From the NCBI GenBank assembly GCA_051382335.1, contig JBBCAX010000121.1, positions 1-64,000 of the forward strand: a DNA stretch of 64,000 bases. Direction: 5' to 3'. The DNA comes from Deltaproteobacteria bacterium TL4. GTDB lineage: Bacteria; SAR324; NAC60-12. Positions 9,903-19,486 of this stretch are shown here, in pieces. Numbering within the stretch: position 1 is the first letter of the stretch; each line of letters begins with the position of its first letter. The position numbers and the translations under genes were made by a program. The notes below the pieces were generated by a model. That model was given only the letters and a program-made list of their open reading frames with translations. It was not told the DNA's origin and ran no database searches.

Positions 9903-10508
9903 ATGAAACGCATTGTCTATTTTGACTTAGAAAGTAAATACGCTGCTGATGATGTTGGCGGTTGGAACAATATTGAAGATATGGGCATGTCGGTTGCGGT
10001 ATTATGGGATACCACTGACGAACAATTTCATGTCTATCTTGAAAATGAGGTCCAAGCCTTAATCAATCATTTGCGGAAGTCCGACCTCATCATCGGCTTC
10101 AATCATATTAGTTTTGACCACCGCGTGGTCGCTGGCGCACGATATGGCACTCAAGCAGAACGCTCTCGACTCTATACAGAGCTTGTTGAGTTGAATAACC
10201 TGGATATGTTAGTCGAAATAAAAAAAATATTAGGACACCGTCTTAAACTAGACGCCATCGCACGTCCTACACTTGGAACTGGAAAAAGTGCTGATGGATT
10301 GCAGGCGATTCAATGGTACAAAGAGGGAAAACTGGACAAAATCATCGAATATTGCAAAATTGACGTTGAAGTCACCCGGGATATTCATCGCTATGCTCTG
10401 AAACATGGTGAGCTCTTATATGAATCCCGCAGCGGTGTTAAAACTGTTTCGATCAAATGGCAACAAGACACACCGAAAAAAGAAGTCCAGCAAATGTCCT
10501 TATTTTAA
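9903..10508 (+). CDS. RNase H-like / DEDD 3'-5' exonuclease domain protein (YprB/RNase_H_2-like)
   Basis: YFDLES, IGFNHISFD, KLDAIA..TLG.GKSADG..AI.W, YCKIDV. Confidence 0.8.
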   Translation: MKRIVYFDLESKYAADDVGGWNNIEDMGMSVAVLWDTTDEQFHVYLENEVQALINHLRKSDLIIGFNHISFDHRVVAGARYGTQAERSRLYTELVELNNLDMLVEIKKILGHRLKLDAIARPTLGTGKSADGLQAIQWYKEGKLDKIIEYCKIDVEVTRDIHRYALKHGELLYESRSGVKTVSIKWQQDTPKKEVQQMSLF

Positions 10509-11573
10509 TTTCTGTTTCCTGTTAGTCACTAACGGGAACGTATGGATCAACGGCGTTCCTTCCGGTTCCGTGGATAAAGGAACGTTTTCTTGAACCACGG
10601 GGTATCGCAAAAAGGCGATTCCACGAAAGCCATCCTCGTGCTCTATGCCACTGATACTGCAAATTTTACCGGCCTCTTGTTGTTCATGAAACAAGGCGCC
10701 TCCTGCCTGAACCTGTTTATCTAAGGGAACCTTGAGGCCTGTTAACTGGTGATTCGGATGTCCTCGATGATACATTCTCGCGTGAGTTTCCTGTCCGACA
10801 TAACATCCCTTGTTATAGGAAATATGGTCCATTAATGCGGCTTCCTGAGGAAAATACCCCGCAACGAAATCAACCCCAAATCGCGGAATTCCAACATCTA
10901 CACGGATCTGCTCATAGGCCTCTTCTCCCAACATTCCCACTTTGGCTGGTTGGTTCAATACGGTTTCAATCAACGCGACATAAGCGGCTTGAGGTAATAA
11001 ATTCACCATTCGTAAGTGGGCTCCCAAGGGAAACGGAATCGATAACAACGAATGACCGTTCCATTCCCAACTATTTTGCTGCGGTTGATACCCCAGTTCC
11101 CGCAGAAGATTTTCGGCTTGGGGTCCAAGCCAATCACATCGAAGCAGCTCGGGATTTAATAATTTCAGCTGGAAATCTTCTCGAATATGAAAATGATCCA
11201 GGTACCCTCCCACCTGACGTCCCTGATTGGGTTCACACAAGAGCAGAAACACCTCTTTCTGTTTCCGAAAAACTTCCAGACGATATCGGATTTTCCCCTT
11301 GTTCCCACAAATTAAATTGGATTGAACGCCTCCGACCTCAAGCTGATTGATGTCGTTTGTGACCATTCCTTGTAAAAACGAACGAGCCTCAGGGCCGCAC
11401 ATTTCAATTAAGTCATCTGTGTGACGCACCAAAATCCCGACGCCCTGGAGCAGATATTGAAGTTCCGCTGCCATCCCCGAAGCATACTCGCCTAACACCG
11501 AAAGACCTCCAACTTCGCAAAAACGCGCGCCTTGACGTACAAAAAACGTTTCTAACTCTTGAAATTCGCTCAT
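10500..11573 (-). CDS. ygfZ: Folate-binding protein, YgfZ/GcvT family
   Basis: FLQGMVTND, PQEA, signature KGCYVGQE. Confidence 0.85.
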   Translation of the reverse strand: MSEFQELETFFVRQGARFCEVGGLSVLGEYASGMAAELQYLLQGVGILVRHTDDLIEMCGPEARSFLQGMVTNDINQLEVGGVQSNLICGNKGKIRYRLEVFRKQKEVFLLLCEPNQGRQVGGYLDHFHIREDFQLKLLNPELLRCDWLGPQAENLLRELGYQPQQNSWEWNGHSLLSIPFPLGAHLRMVNLLPQAAYVALIETVLNQPAKVGMLGEEAYEQIRVDVGIPRFGVDFVAGYFPQEAALMDHISYNKGCYVGQETHARMYHRGHPNHQLTGLKVPLDKQVQAGGALFHEQQEAGKICSISGIEHEDGFRGIAFLRYPVVQENVPLSTEPEGTPLIHTFPLVTNRKQKLK

Positions 11574-11636
11574 AAGTTACCAGGGAATAAAAATCTCATC
11601 AAAATCCAAGCCTCGATGCCAGGACGTCACATAAAC

Positions 11637-12077
11637 CTATGACAAATAGGAGTCAATCAACTTCGCGACTTTGGGAATAGCGACCGCGACATGTTTTTCC
11701 GCGGTCCCACGAATTTTATGATACCCTGAGCGGAGCATTTGGCTTTTTGCGCTGTCAACCCGCTGATCCATGATGCTTAATAGCGCTGGTGTTAACTCAT
11801 TGGCTTTTTCGTTCAAGTAAGCCTGAAAACTTGGGCTTCCACTCTTTAAGTAGGCTTCATGGAAAGGTTCCATGACCTCAACAAATTTAGGTAACAGATC
11901 TGTGAAAACATGCTGAAGTAAATCTTCTTTGAATTTTTTCATTAATTTAAATGCCGTCTTAACCGCAACCCCGGCAAAGCCCGTTTTTAAGGCGACTTCT
12001 TCTTCAATCAAATGGACACAGTCCTGAATTAAGGGATCTTTATTTTTTGGTGATAGTAACGTGTCTGATAAGCTCAT
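11637..12077 (-). CDS. Conserved helical hypothetical protein (DUF6918-like)
   Basis: DCVHLIEEEVALKTGFAGVAVKTAFK...LLPKF...Y.KIRGTAEKHV pattern, recalled from this family; not searched. Confidence 0.6.
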   Translation of the reverse strand: MSLSDTLLSPKNKDPLIQDCVHLIEEEVALKTGFAGVAVKTAFKLMKKFKEDLLQHVFTDLLPKFVEVMEPFHEAYLKSGSPSFQAYLNEKANELTPALLSIMDQRVDSAKSQMLRSGYHKIRGTAEKHVAVAIPKVAKLIDSYLS

Positions 12078-12340
12078 ATTGTCCGTATAACAACAAGGGT
12101 TCTAAGCAACTCGACAGTTGTGAGTTTTGAGAGGTAAGAAACGAGATAAAAAAATGAAGCGACTCTCATGCTCCTGAGATTTTTTATCGTTAAACTTGCG
12201 ATTTGTTGAAGATAGTACAATAAAAATCAATGTCAATGCACATTAGAGTTTCAATACAAGACAGTGAAGTTGTGCCTTGCAGAAAAATTGAGAAATTGCC
12301 CGTTCAAAGGATAACATATAACCCACAGCATCAGGTAAGT

Positions 12341-13231
12341 ATGTCACTCATTATTTCAGGTAAAGCGATCAGCAGTCAAATTCGGGAAGAGTTAAAAGTT
12401 GAAGTGAAGCAATTAAACGAAAAAGGCATCAACCCTTGCCTTGTAGTGATTCTGGTAGGAGAAGACCCGGCTTCCGCAATTTATGTTCGGAATAAGAAAA
12501 AAGCTTGCGAGGAAGTCGGAATTCGCTCTATGGAACACAAGTTAGGCAAAGACACCTCTCAAGAACAATTAGATGAACTCCTCTTGAAACTCAACAGTGA
12601 TCCTCACGTACACGGTATTCTATGTCAGTTTCCCCTGCCAGCGCATCTTGATGAAGAACGCGTGATTTTAAACATTTCGCCCGATAAAGACGTTGATGGA
12701 CTCCATCCTGTAAATACAGGCTATCTCACTTCTGGAAGCCCGCGTTTCATCTCTTGTACGCCTTTCGGCGTGTTGCAGATTTTGAAGCGAAGTCAAATCG
12801 AAATTGCGGGAAAACATGTCGTGATCTTGGGCCGAAGCAAACTTGTGGGGCGTCCTCTTTCCATTCTACTTTCTCAGAAAGGCTTGGATGCGACCGTGAC
12901 GGTTTGTCACTCCAGAACCAAAAACCTTAAGGTGCATACGTTACAGGCGGATATTTTGGTTGCAGCAATGGGACAGCCTGAACTGGTAAAAGCGGATATG
13001 GTTAAGGAAAATGCAGTCGTCATTGATGTCGGAACGAACCGTGTGGAGGATCCCGCCAACCCCAAAGGTTCGAGACTTTGCGGCGACGTCGATTTTAACG
13101 CGGTTGAACCCAAAACAGCGGCCATTACCCCTGTTCCAGGCGGCGTAGGACCGATGACTATTGCGATGTTACTCTATAACACCGTCAATGCGGCCCGTTG
13201 GCAAAATGGTATGGAGGGTTTAAAAAATTAA
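12341..13231 (+). CDS. folD: Bifunctional methylenetetrahydrofolate dehydrogenase/cyclohydrolase
   Basis: YVRNK, KDVDG, SCTP, GRSKLVGRP, ITPVPGGVGPMT. Start moved to ATG 12341. Confidence 0.95.
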   Translation: MSLIISGKAISSQIREELKVEVKQLNEKGINPCLVVILVGEDPASAIYVRNKKKACEEVGIRSMEHKLGKDTSQEQLDELLLKLNSDPHVHGILCQFPLPAHLDEERVILNISPDKDVDGLHPVNTGYLTSGSPRFISCTPFGVLQILKRSQIEIAGKHVVILGRSKLVGRPLSILLSQKGLDATVTVCHSRTKNLKVHTLQADILVAAMGQPELVKADMVKENAVVIDVGTNRVEDPANPKGSRLCGDVDFNAVEPKTAAITPVPGGVGPMTIAMLLYNTVNAARWQNGMEGLKN

Positions 13232-13294
13232 GGCTTTGCGAATACTCAGAGGTGTGCTTTTTCGACACACCTCAAGCGTTGTCTATAAAAACGA

Positions 13295-13813
13295 CTACGG
13301 AGCAGGAGTTGGAGGCGTTTCCACAGGAGACAGAGGCTTCTGATTCTCTGGCGCAGACTCAGCCGGTACGGATTGAACTGGCGCAGATTCAACCGGTGCG
13401 GACTCAACGGGTAATGGAGGCGCGAGGGTTTGCGGCAAAGTCGCCGAGGTATCTTCGCTTTCAAGAGCCTTCTTTTCAAGAGCGGCTTCTCCCGGTTTGG
13501 CATCCACGTTCACTGCTTCTACAGGAGCTGGAGCGGGTTCCACTTTGGCTGCCACGGGTTTTAGGCCTTTGACTACGGATTCTGTCGCTTTTTCTGAAGA
13601 CATATAGGCCAACGTCAAGGAGGTCAGCATAAAAATCACAGCAGCGCTTGTAGTGAGTATTCCGATGCCTCCCATTTGTCCCCGAGAAAATCCAACTTGT
13701 CCCATACTCCCAAACGCCGCACCCAAATCTGCACCTCGACCTGATTGAAGCAATACAAAAAAGATGAGAATAATGGAAACAACAACATGGAGTACAAGTA
13801 TTAAGGTAAACAT
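13295..13813 (-). CDS. secG: Preprotein translocase subunit SecG with long Pro-rich C-terminal tail
   Basis: HVVVSIILIFFVLLQSGRGADLGAAFG...FMLTSLTLA, directly downstream of tpiA. Start ATG 13813. Confidence 0.9.
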   Translation of the reverse strand: MFTLILVLHVVVSIILIFFVLLQSGRGADLGAAFGSMGQVGFSRGQMGGIGILTTSAAVIFMLTSLTLAYMSSEKATESVVKGLKPVAAKVEPAPAPVEAVNVDAKPGEAALEKKALESEDTSATLPQTLAPPLPVESAPVESAPVQSVPAESAPENQKPLSPVETPPTPAP

Positions 13814-13872
13814 AATCTTCCTATAAAATGATTTCGCATCAAAAGGGGATTCCCTGAATTGATCACAAAAAA

Positions 13873-14634
13873 TTATTGACAAGCATGAATAATTTGACAA
13901 AAATCCATGGGTTTCAAGCTAGCACCCCCTACTAAGGCTCCATTGATTTCTGGCTGATGTAAGAGTTCTTGAGCATTTTTATTATTAACGCTTCCTCCGT
14001 ACAAAATAGGGATCGCTCTGGCTGTTTTTGCAGAAGAGAGCTTTTCAAGCTGCTTGCGAAGCACTTGATGCATCTGATTTGCTTGCTCAGGTGTCGCTGT
14101 TTTGCCTGTGCCAATGGCCCATACCGGCTCATACGCAACTAAACATTGAGTTAAACGCTCAGCAGAAATACCTTTGAGTCCCTCACTCAATTGCTGCGTC
14201 ACTGTTGACTCATGAAGGTTCTGCTCTCTTTGTTCCAGCGTTTCTCCTACACACAAAACAGGTCGAATTCCATGACTCAACAGAATTTCGACTTTCTGAC
14301 GAATAAAATCATCCGTTTCTTGAAAATAAGCCCGACGCTCAGAATGTCCAACAATACAACAGGTTGTTCCGAATTCTTTTAACAGTAGGACTGATGTTTC
14401 TCCGGTGTAAGCACCGGATTCCGCAAGGTATACGTTTTGGGCGCCTAGGGCTACAGAAGAACTCTTTACCGCTTCTTGTAGTGAGGATAACAACGTAAAG
14501 GGCGGGCAAATCGCGATCTGACAGGAAACCTTCCCCTTTTCTACACTGTTACGAATCTCTTTCATCATCTCACCAAGCAGTGAAACGGAACCATTCATTT
14601 TCCAATTACCGATTATCCACTTTTCTGTTTTCAT
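13873..14634 (-). CDS. tpiA: Triosephosphate isomerase
   Basis: GNWKMN, GAYTGE, GHSERR, AYEPVWAIGTG, YGGSV, LVGGASL. Confidence 0.97.
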   Translation of the reverse strand: MKTEKWIIGNWKMNGSVSLLGEMMKEIRNSVEKGKVSCQIAICPPFTLLSSLQEAVKSSSVALGAQNVYLAESGAYTGETSVLLLKEFGTTCCIVGHSERRAYFQETDDFIRQKVEILLSHGIRPVLCVGETLEQREQNLHESTVTQQLSEGLKGISAERLTQCLVAYEPVWAIGTGKTATPEQANQMHQVLRKQLEKLSSAKTARAIPILYGGSVNNKNAQELLHQPEINGALVGGASLKPMDFCQIIHACQ

Positions 14635-15202
14635 TAATTCCTCCTATAAAATCTTGAAAACACACTTTCCGAACGTCCCTGTTTGAAAACCCAAGAGTTT
14701 TTAGTTCTCAACTCTTGAGACACAAACACTGGAAATCTGATGATACGTATTTTGTTTATCGAGTTTGCGCAAGGTCTCACACGTAACGAGATGGCTATCA
14801 AAAACACGCCAATTCTTCAAGGATCACAATATTCCTGGGTTTATTGAATGTCCAAGTATAAAACTGATGGCTGGCGACTCACGAGTTTGAAAAGATAAAG
14901 GGCTATTTATATTCAAGCTGAATGTCAGAGGCAAGTTTAATTGTGAAGCGGATGAAGGCCTTGGTTATTATTTTCTGGTAGATGCGGTTAAAAGAGGAAT
15001 AAAAGCATAAAAAATGCTATGATCATAGAAAAATCGCTCGACAATAAGAAAACTTAATTTTACATCTCTAGATGAAGGTTGACGAAACGATTCAGAATGT
15101 TTACATAGACGGAGGGGTCTTTATCAAAATATTCATCTAACGCTTTCCAAGCGTTTTGTTTCTAAACATGTTGCGCAATGGACATCATCATCTCAGGATA
15201 AA

Positions 15203-17014
15203 ATGACAGGACCTGGCAGTTCTTCACAAGTAAATCTTGCTGAAATCATCGATAAGGTGGACTACGGCATCAACGTTGTCGATCGGGATTACAACATCCT
15301 TTACTTGAATATGGCGTCCCGTAAAAAATGGAACATAGTCGACTTCACCCCTTCTGGACTGAAATGTCATAAACTTTTATTTGGCAATGACTCTGCTTGT
15401 GAGAACTGTCCGATTATTCAAATGGAACAAACGGGAGAGCAATTAGGGCAAATTGTAGGGGCTCTCAATACCCCGGATCATCCGAATCATCGTGTGAAAT
15501 ATCATAAACTTGCTGAAAACCGCTATGCACAGACGCTCACCGATGTTACGAGAGAGACCGAGTTGGTGCGTAAGGTGACCTTACAATCCAAGGAAACCCA
15601 AGCCCAAAATATCATTCTGAAACGCAAACGTCAGCAATACGAAGAGCATTCCGCTTTCCTGAATTCTGTGTTTGACTCCATTCTGTCAGGATTTCTGGTT
15701 ATTGACTCTTCGACAGAACTCAATATAATGAACACCAATAAAGCGATGACCGAGTTCATCAAGCTGGACTCAAAAGAAAATTTGGAACAGAAATGCTTCC
15801 AACTCTTTGGATATCAACGACGATGTCCCGGGTGTCCTATTGAACGGATTACCGGGCGTACCGATTTTTCAAAACTCCGGTATCATCAGAAAGTTTCCGA
15901 TCGAACCTTGACGGAATATTATACAAGATTACCTGAGGGGGAGGGGCTTTTGCTCACCTTTGAAGATAGCACAAAACGGGTACAACTGGTCCAGCAAGTC
16001 AAGGAAGATAAAGAGATTATTGAGCGTCAAAATCAAATTTTCCGTTCCTTACTGGCCACAGGAACCTTAATCCAGCAAACGGACGAACTGGATGAAATGT
16101 TCACCACGACCCTGAATGAGCTTCAAAACTTGTTTTTCGGCATGGGATTTGGGATCATCCTGAATGGGGATCGACCCAATATTATAGAATCGGCTGTGTT
16201 TTTAGGCGTGGAAGCCGAAGAACAATTGACCGTTGTTGAAAATAACCTGTTACTGTTTGATGCTAATATTTCTGACGTACTCATTACGCAAATTAAAGAA
16301 CGTTACGGCAAAATTCCAGGAGAGACCCAGACGCCTACTCAAACTCACTGGTCCGTACTGCCTGTAAAGGGGCGAGATCGTATCATCATTGGTAAATTAT
16401 TAATCAAAGGGACAGAACTGGAGGAACAGTCTTTAGAAATTATTTCCATATTTCTGGAGCAAGTCGCGGCAGTGGCCGAAAATAAACTGTTGACGAAAAA
16501 ATTAGAAAAAATGGCCAATACGGACCCCTTGACTCAAGTCTTCAACCGGGGATATTTCAATCGGGAATTAGAAAAAGCGGTTCTCAATGCAAACCGTTTT
16601 TCTATTGCCTTTTCAATGCTGTTAATAGATGTTAATGGCCTGAAACGGGTGAATGATGTTTTTGGACATCAAGCGGGCGACAGCATGATTATTTCCGTTG
16701 CCATGCTTCTTAAAGAGGCGTGCAGGAAAACGGATGTTATTACAAGACTTGGAGGTGATGAGTTTGTGGTGCTCTGTCCTTCAACAAAGAAGACCCAGGT
16801 TAAAACCTTACTTGCCCGGATTCGTGAGTATGAAGCAGGGTGCGCTATGGATTGCACTCATGAAGACGGAAACGTCGAAAAGGTCAACATCCGAATGAGT
16901 ATTGGAGTAGGCTGTTCGGATGAAGTCGATGCTGATGAAGTGCTGAAACAAGCCGATGCGGCAATGTACGCAGATAAAGAAGCGTTTTATTTGAATAATC
17001 AACGGTATCGTTGA
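15203..17014 (+). CDS. Sensor diguanylate cyclase (2 PAS-like + GAF-like + GGDEF)
   Basis: TDPLT..FNR, DVNGLKRVNDVFGHQAGD, RxxD I-site (RKTD), RLGGDEF, ADAAMY. Confidence 0.9.
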   Translation: MTGPGSSSQVNLAEIIDKVDYGINVVDRDYNILYLNMASRKKWNIVDFTPSGLKCHKLLFGNDSACENCPIIQMEQTGEQLGQIVGALNTPDHPNHRVKYHKLAENRYAQTLTDVTRETELVRKVTLQSKETQAQNIILKRKRQQYEEHSAFLNSVFDSILSGFLVIDSSTELNIMNTNKAMTEFIKLDSKENLEQKCFQLFGYQRRCPGCPIERITGRTDFSKLRYHQKVSDRTLTEYYTRLPEGEGLLLTFEDSTKRVQLVQQVKEDKEIIERQNQIFRSLLATGTLIQQTDELDEMFTTTLNELQNLFFGMGFGIILNGDRPNIIESAVFLGVEAEEQLTVVENNLLLFDANISDVLITQIKERYGKIPGETQTPTQTHWSVLPVKGRDRIIIGKLLIKGTELEEQSLEIISIFLEQVAAVAENKLLTKKLEKMANTDPLTQVFNRGYFNRELEKAVLNANRFSIAFSMLLIDVNGLKRVNDVFGHQAGDSMIISVAMLLKEACRKTDVITRLGGDEFVVLCPSTKKTQVKTLLARIREYEAGCAMDCTHEDGNVEKVNIRMSIGVGCSDEVDADEVLKQADAAMYADKEAFYLNNQRYR

Positions 17015-17088
17015 TTGTAATAGTTTTGATCCAAAGCAATTACTGGTCTTGAATCATTAATTCATTGTACTTTTAGATAGTTACCCTT

Positions 17089-17736
17089 ATGGCGGATGAT
17101 TCGGTTTTACAACAGCAGATTCTTGAACAGGTCAGAGCGATTGTCCAGAAAATCAACTCAGGCGATATGAGTACCTTTCTGATGATCAATGCCGAGCTCG
17201 GGGCACCGATGGAGGAGTTCGTCAATTACGTCAATGACCATGTCCAAAATTTACAGCAACTCGAAAAATCGTTACCTAGAATCAACAAGGATATCTCCCG
17301 TTTGGTATCTGGCATCTCAGACGTGTTACAAACGATTGAAAAGGCCTCTATTCGTGTTTTGGATAATACGGATGGTATTCTGGAACAACATGATATTATC
17401 GACAATGCCATCAAACTTTTAAAACAAAATCCTGCGATTGCCAGAGTTATCGGGAAACGCCTGGATGCGATCCAACAAGCCCAAAACAAATCCCGGATGT
17501 TTGTTTTTGACACGATTCAGGCTCAAGAATTTCAGGAACTTACCAAGAAACAAACACAAAGTATGATTGCCTCTCTTGAAGGCCTTAAAGACGACCTGAG
17601 TGATTTGCAAAAAGCCTTTCGATTGCAGGGGGATGAAGAGGAACGAGAGGAAGAACGCGAATTTCACGTGGAAGCGGGTGCGGCTGCTGCAGACCAAGAC
17701 TCCGTTGATCAATTATTAGCAGAATTTGGTTTATAA
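17089..17736 (+). CDS. CheZ-like chemotaxis phosphatase-family protein with a degenerate active-site motif
   Basis: TIEKAS.RVLD, QAQEFQELT, acidic linker and C-terminal DQDSVDQLLAEFGL CheY-binding-type peptide. Confidence 0.72.
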   Translation: MADDSVLQQQILEQVRAIVQKINSGDMSTFLMINAELGAPMEEFVNYVNDHVQNLQQLEKSLPRINKDISRLVSGISDVLQTIEKASIRVLDNTDGILEQHDIIDNAIKLLKQNPAIARVIGKRLDAIQQAQNKSRMFVFDTIQAQEFQELTKKQTQSMIASLEGLKDDLSDLQKAFRLQGDEEEREEEREFHVEAGAAAADQDSVDQLLAEFGL

Positions 17737-17739
17737 ACA

Positions 17740-17997
17740 ATGACCTTAGAAGAACTTAGAAAAGAAATCGACGCTGTTGATGCCCATATCCTTCAACTTC
17801 TGAATCAAAGAGCTCAATGTGTCATCCAAGTTGGGAAAATCAAACAAAAAAATGAAATGGAAATTCTGGTTCCCGTTAGGGAAACCGCAATTAGGCGAAG
17901 ACTTTCAAGTCTAAACCAGGGACCCTTGACGGATGACCTGATTCATGAGATTTTCCAAACCATTATAGATTCAATGAAGGAACTTCAGAAACGATAA
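17740..17997 (+). CDS. Monofunctional chorismate mutase (AroQ type)
   Basis: LEELRKEIDAVDAHILQLLNQRA...VGKIK...RE...GPL...IFQTII. Confidence 0.88.
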   Translation: MTLEELRKEIDAVDAHILQLLNQRAQCVIQVGKIKQKNEMEILVPVRETAIRRRLSSLNQGPLTDDLIHEIFQTIIDSMKELQKR

Positions 17998-18018
17998 CCT
18001 TTTATAGAGGAAACTGCG

Positions 18019-18582
18019 GTGGGACTGATCCTGGATATATTGCCCTTTATTGTCTTTGTGCTCATCAAACGAAAAGTAGGGTTAAAAGAAGGCATATTTG
18101 CCAGCTTTGCGGTTGGCATCATGGCCATAGGCTACCACCTTTTTCATATGAAAAGCCTCACAGACCCTCTCTTTCTCTTTGTGATCTTTGCCTTGGGGTT
18201 GCTTTACCTGATGGGGTGGATCTCTTATAAAAAGGGAGAAGAAGCGGTTTTCAAATTCCAACCTGTGGTGTTTGGTTCTGTTTTTGGAGCGTTCATTCTC
18301 ATTGCTTTCTATGGTTTTGATTACGCGATTCTCAAAGAAATCGTAATCAGTGCACAGAATGAGGTCCCTCTTGAGATGCAGCAGGCGTTTAATTCGCCTC
18401 AGTTTCAAAAGGTTTTGTACTATGCCTCCCGCAATATCGGGGCGGGAATGATCCTTTTGTCAGGCTTGATGGCTTATGCCGCTTTGAAATTGAGCGATTG
18501 GTGGTGGCTTGCTTTGCGTTTTTTTGGATTTTATCTGATGCTGTTTGTGGCCTTTTTAAACGCGCAATCGTCTGCAATGTGA
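18019..18582 (+). CDS. Inner membrane protein, YciB/IspZ (septation protein A)-like
   Basis: DILPFIVF start, FKFQP motif, about 5-6 TM segments. Confidence 0.65.
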   Translation: MGLILDILPFIVFVLIKRKVGLKEGIFASFAVGIMAIGYHLFHMKSLTDPLFLFVIFALGLLYLMGWISYKKGEEAVFKFQPVVFGSVFGAFILIAFYGFDYAILKEIVISAQNEVPLEMQQAFNSPQFQKVLYYASRNIGAGMILLSGLMAYAALKLSDWWWLALRFFGFYLMLFVAFLNAQSSAM

Positions 18583-18594
18583 CCTTGCCTTTTT

Positions 18595-19044
18595 TCATTG
18601 AACCCAAATGTCTTTTGATATGACCCAGACATATTCTTCCTTCTCGCTGATCCCCTGGGTCCATTCACCTTGATGCCTTGAAAATCGAAAAACCTCATAT
18701 TTTTGAGCCTCTCTTAAATAAGGATACTGGGGCCCGGGGCCTTCCCGCAAGAGCGCTTTTTCGACCTTGATTATAAAACAGAAGGTATTTTCAAGCAGAT
18801 CCTGTTGATGCACCCAATGTTGATCGCCCTCCACATCCGCAACATGATACCAGTCATCCCATGGATCCAGTTTCTGCAAGGGGGTATATTTTTTTAAGGT
18901 CCAGGAGGTTTGAGGGAACTGAGTTCCTGCACCCGCACGCAAAACAGCGTCAGAAACTCCAGTGCAAAGCGCAAAAGCATTGCTTCCAATGAATCCTCCG
19001 AGGATCATCATGATAATACATTGTCGCCTCATTTTTCTCCTCAC
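18595..19044 (-). CDS. Secreted protein with two bacterial SH3-like domains
   Basis: Signal peptide; LRAGAGTQFP...W..V.D.EG..HWV and LREGPGPQYP...W......WV. Confidence 0.75.
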   Translation of the reverse strand: MRRKMRRQCIIMMILGGFIGSNAFALCTGVSDAVLRAGAGTQFPQTSWTLKKYTPLQKLDPWDDWYHVADVEGDQHWVHQQDLLENTFCFIIKVEKALLREGPGPQYPYLREAQKYEVFRFSRHQGEWTQGISEKEEYVWVISKDIWVQ

Positions 19045-19162
19045 TTGTCTTTTTTTCTGAATTAAACTATCCTGTAACTGTGCGTATTTAGGTTTGAGAT
19101 GATATTAAGCAACTGCTATGCCGCATGAAGCGGACTTGGATGGAATCGAACAGGGGACAAAA

Positions 19163-19486
19163 ATGAGTGCCAATCAAAAAAAAGGACAACCCCTGCATTG
19201 GGATATTCAAGGAACAACCAATTTTTATCCGCTTTACGGCGAAGGCCGGGATGTCGTTGAGCCTGTGCTTCCTGTTCACCGTACCAATTTTCAAGAAATT
19301 GTGCCACGTTATCGACTATCCTCAACTGAAACCCGTGACCAGGGAGTGGGACCGGTGTTTGACGAGGTCGCTTATCGTCCATCCACAAATTTTCATCGTG
19401 CCTCAAATTCTCCCCAAAAGAGGCAGACACGTTCAAAAAAACCAGAAAAACGTAAACGCAAAATCCGCATTGATTTTTTGCTCTAA
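19163..19486 (+). CDS. Hypothetical protein with basic C-terminus
   Basis: ORF fills the gap between neighbours. ATG 19163 follows GGGGA; alternative start 19118. Confidence 0.4.
   Translation: MSANQKKGQPLHWDIQGTTNFYPLYGEGRDVVEPVLPVHRTNFQEIVPRYRLSSTETRDQGVGPVFDEVAYRPSTNFHRASNSPQKRQTRSKKPEKRKRKIRIDFLL

Noticed and set aside
10835..11350. 171-aa plus-strand ORF
   Set aside because: Antisense shadow lying fully within ygfZ.
13232..13294. tRNA-Leu often found after secG
   Set aside because: No cloverleaf or T-loop consensus here.
14640..15200. Long intergenic region as a possible riboswitch or sRNA
   Set aside because: No recognisable aptamer consensus or repeat; cannot be supported without a covariance search.
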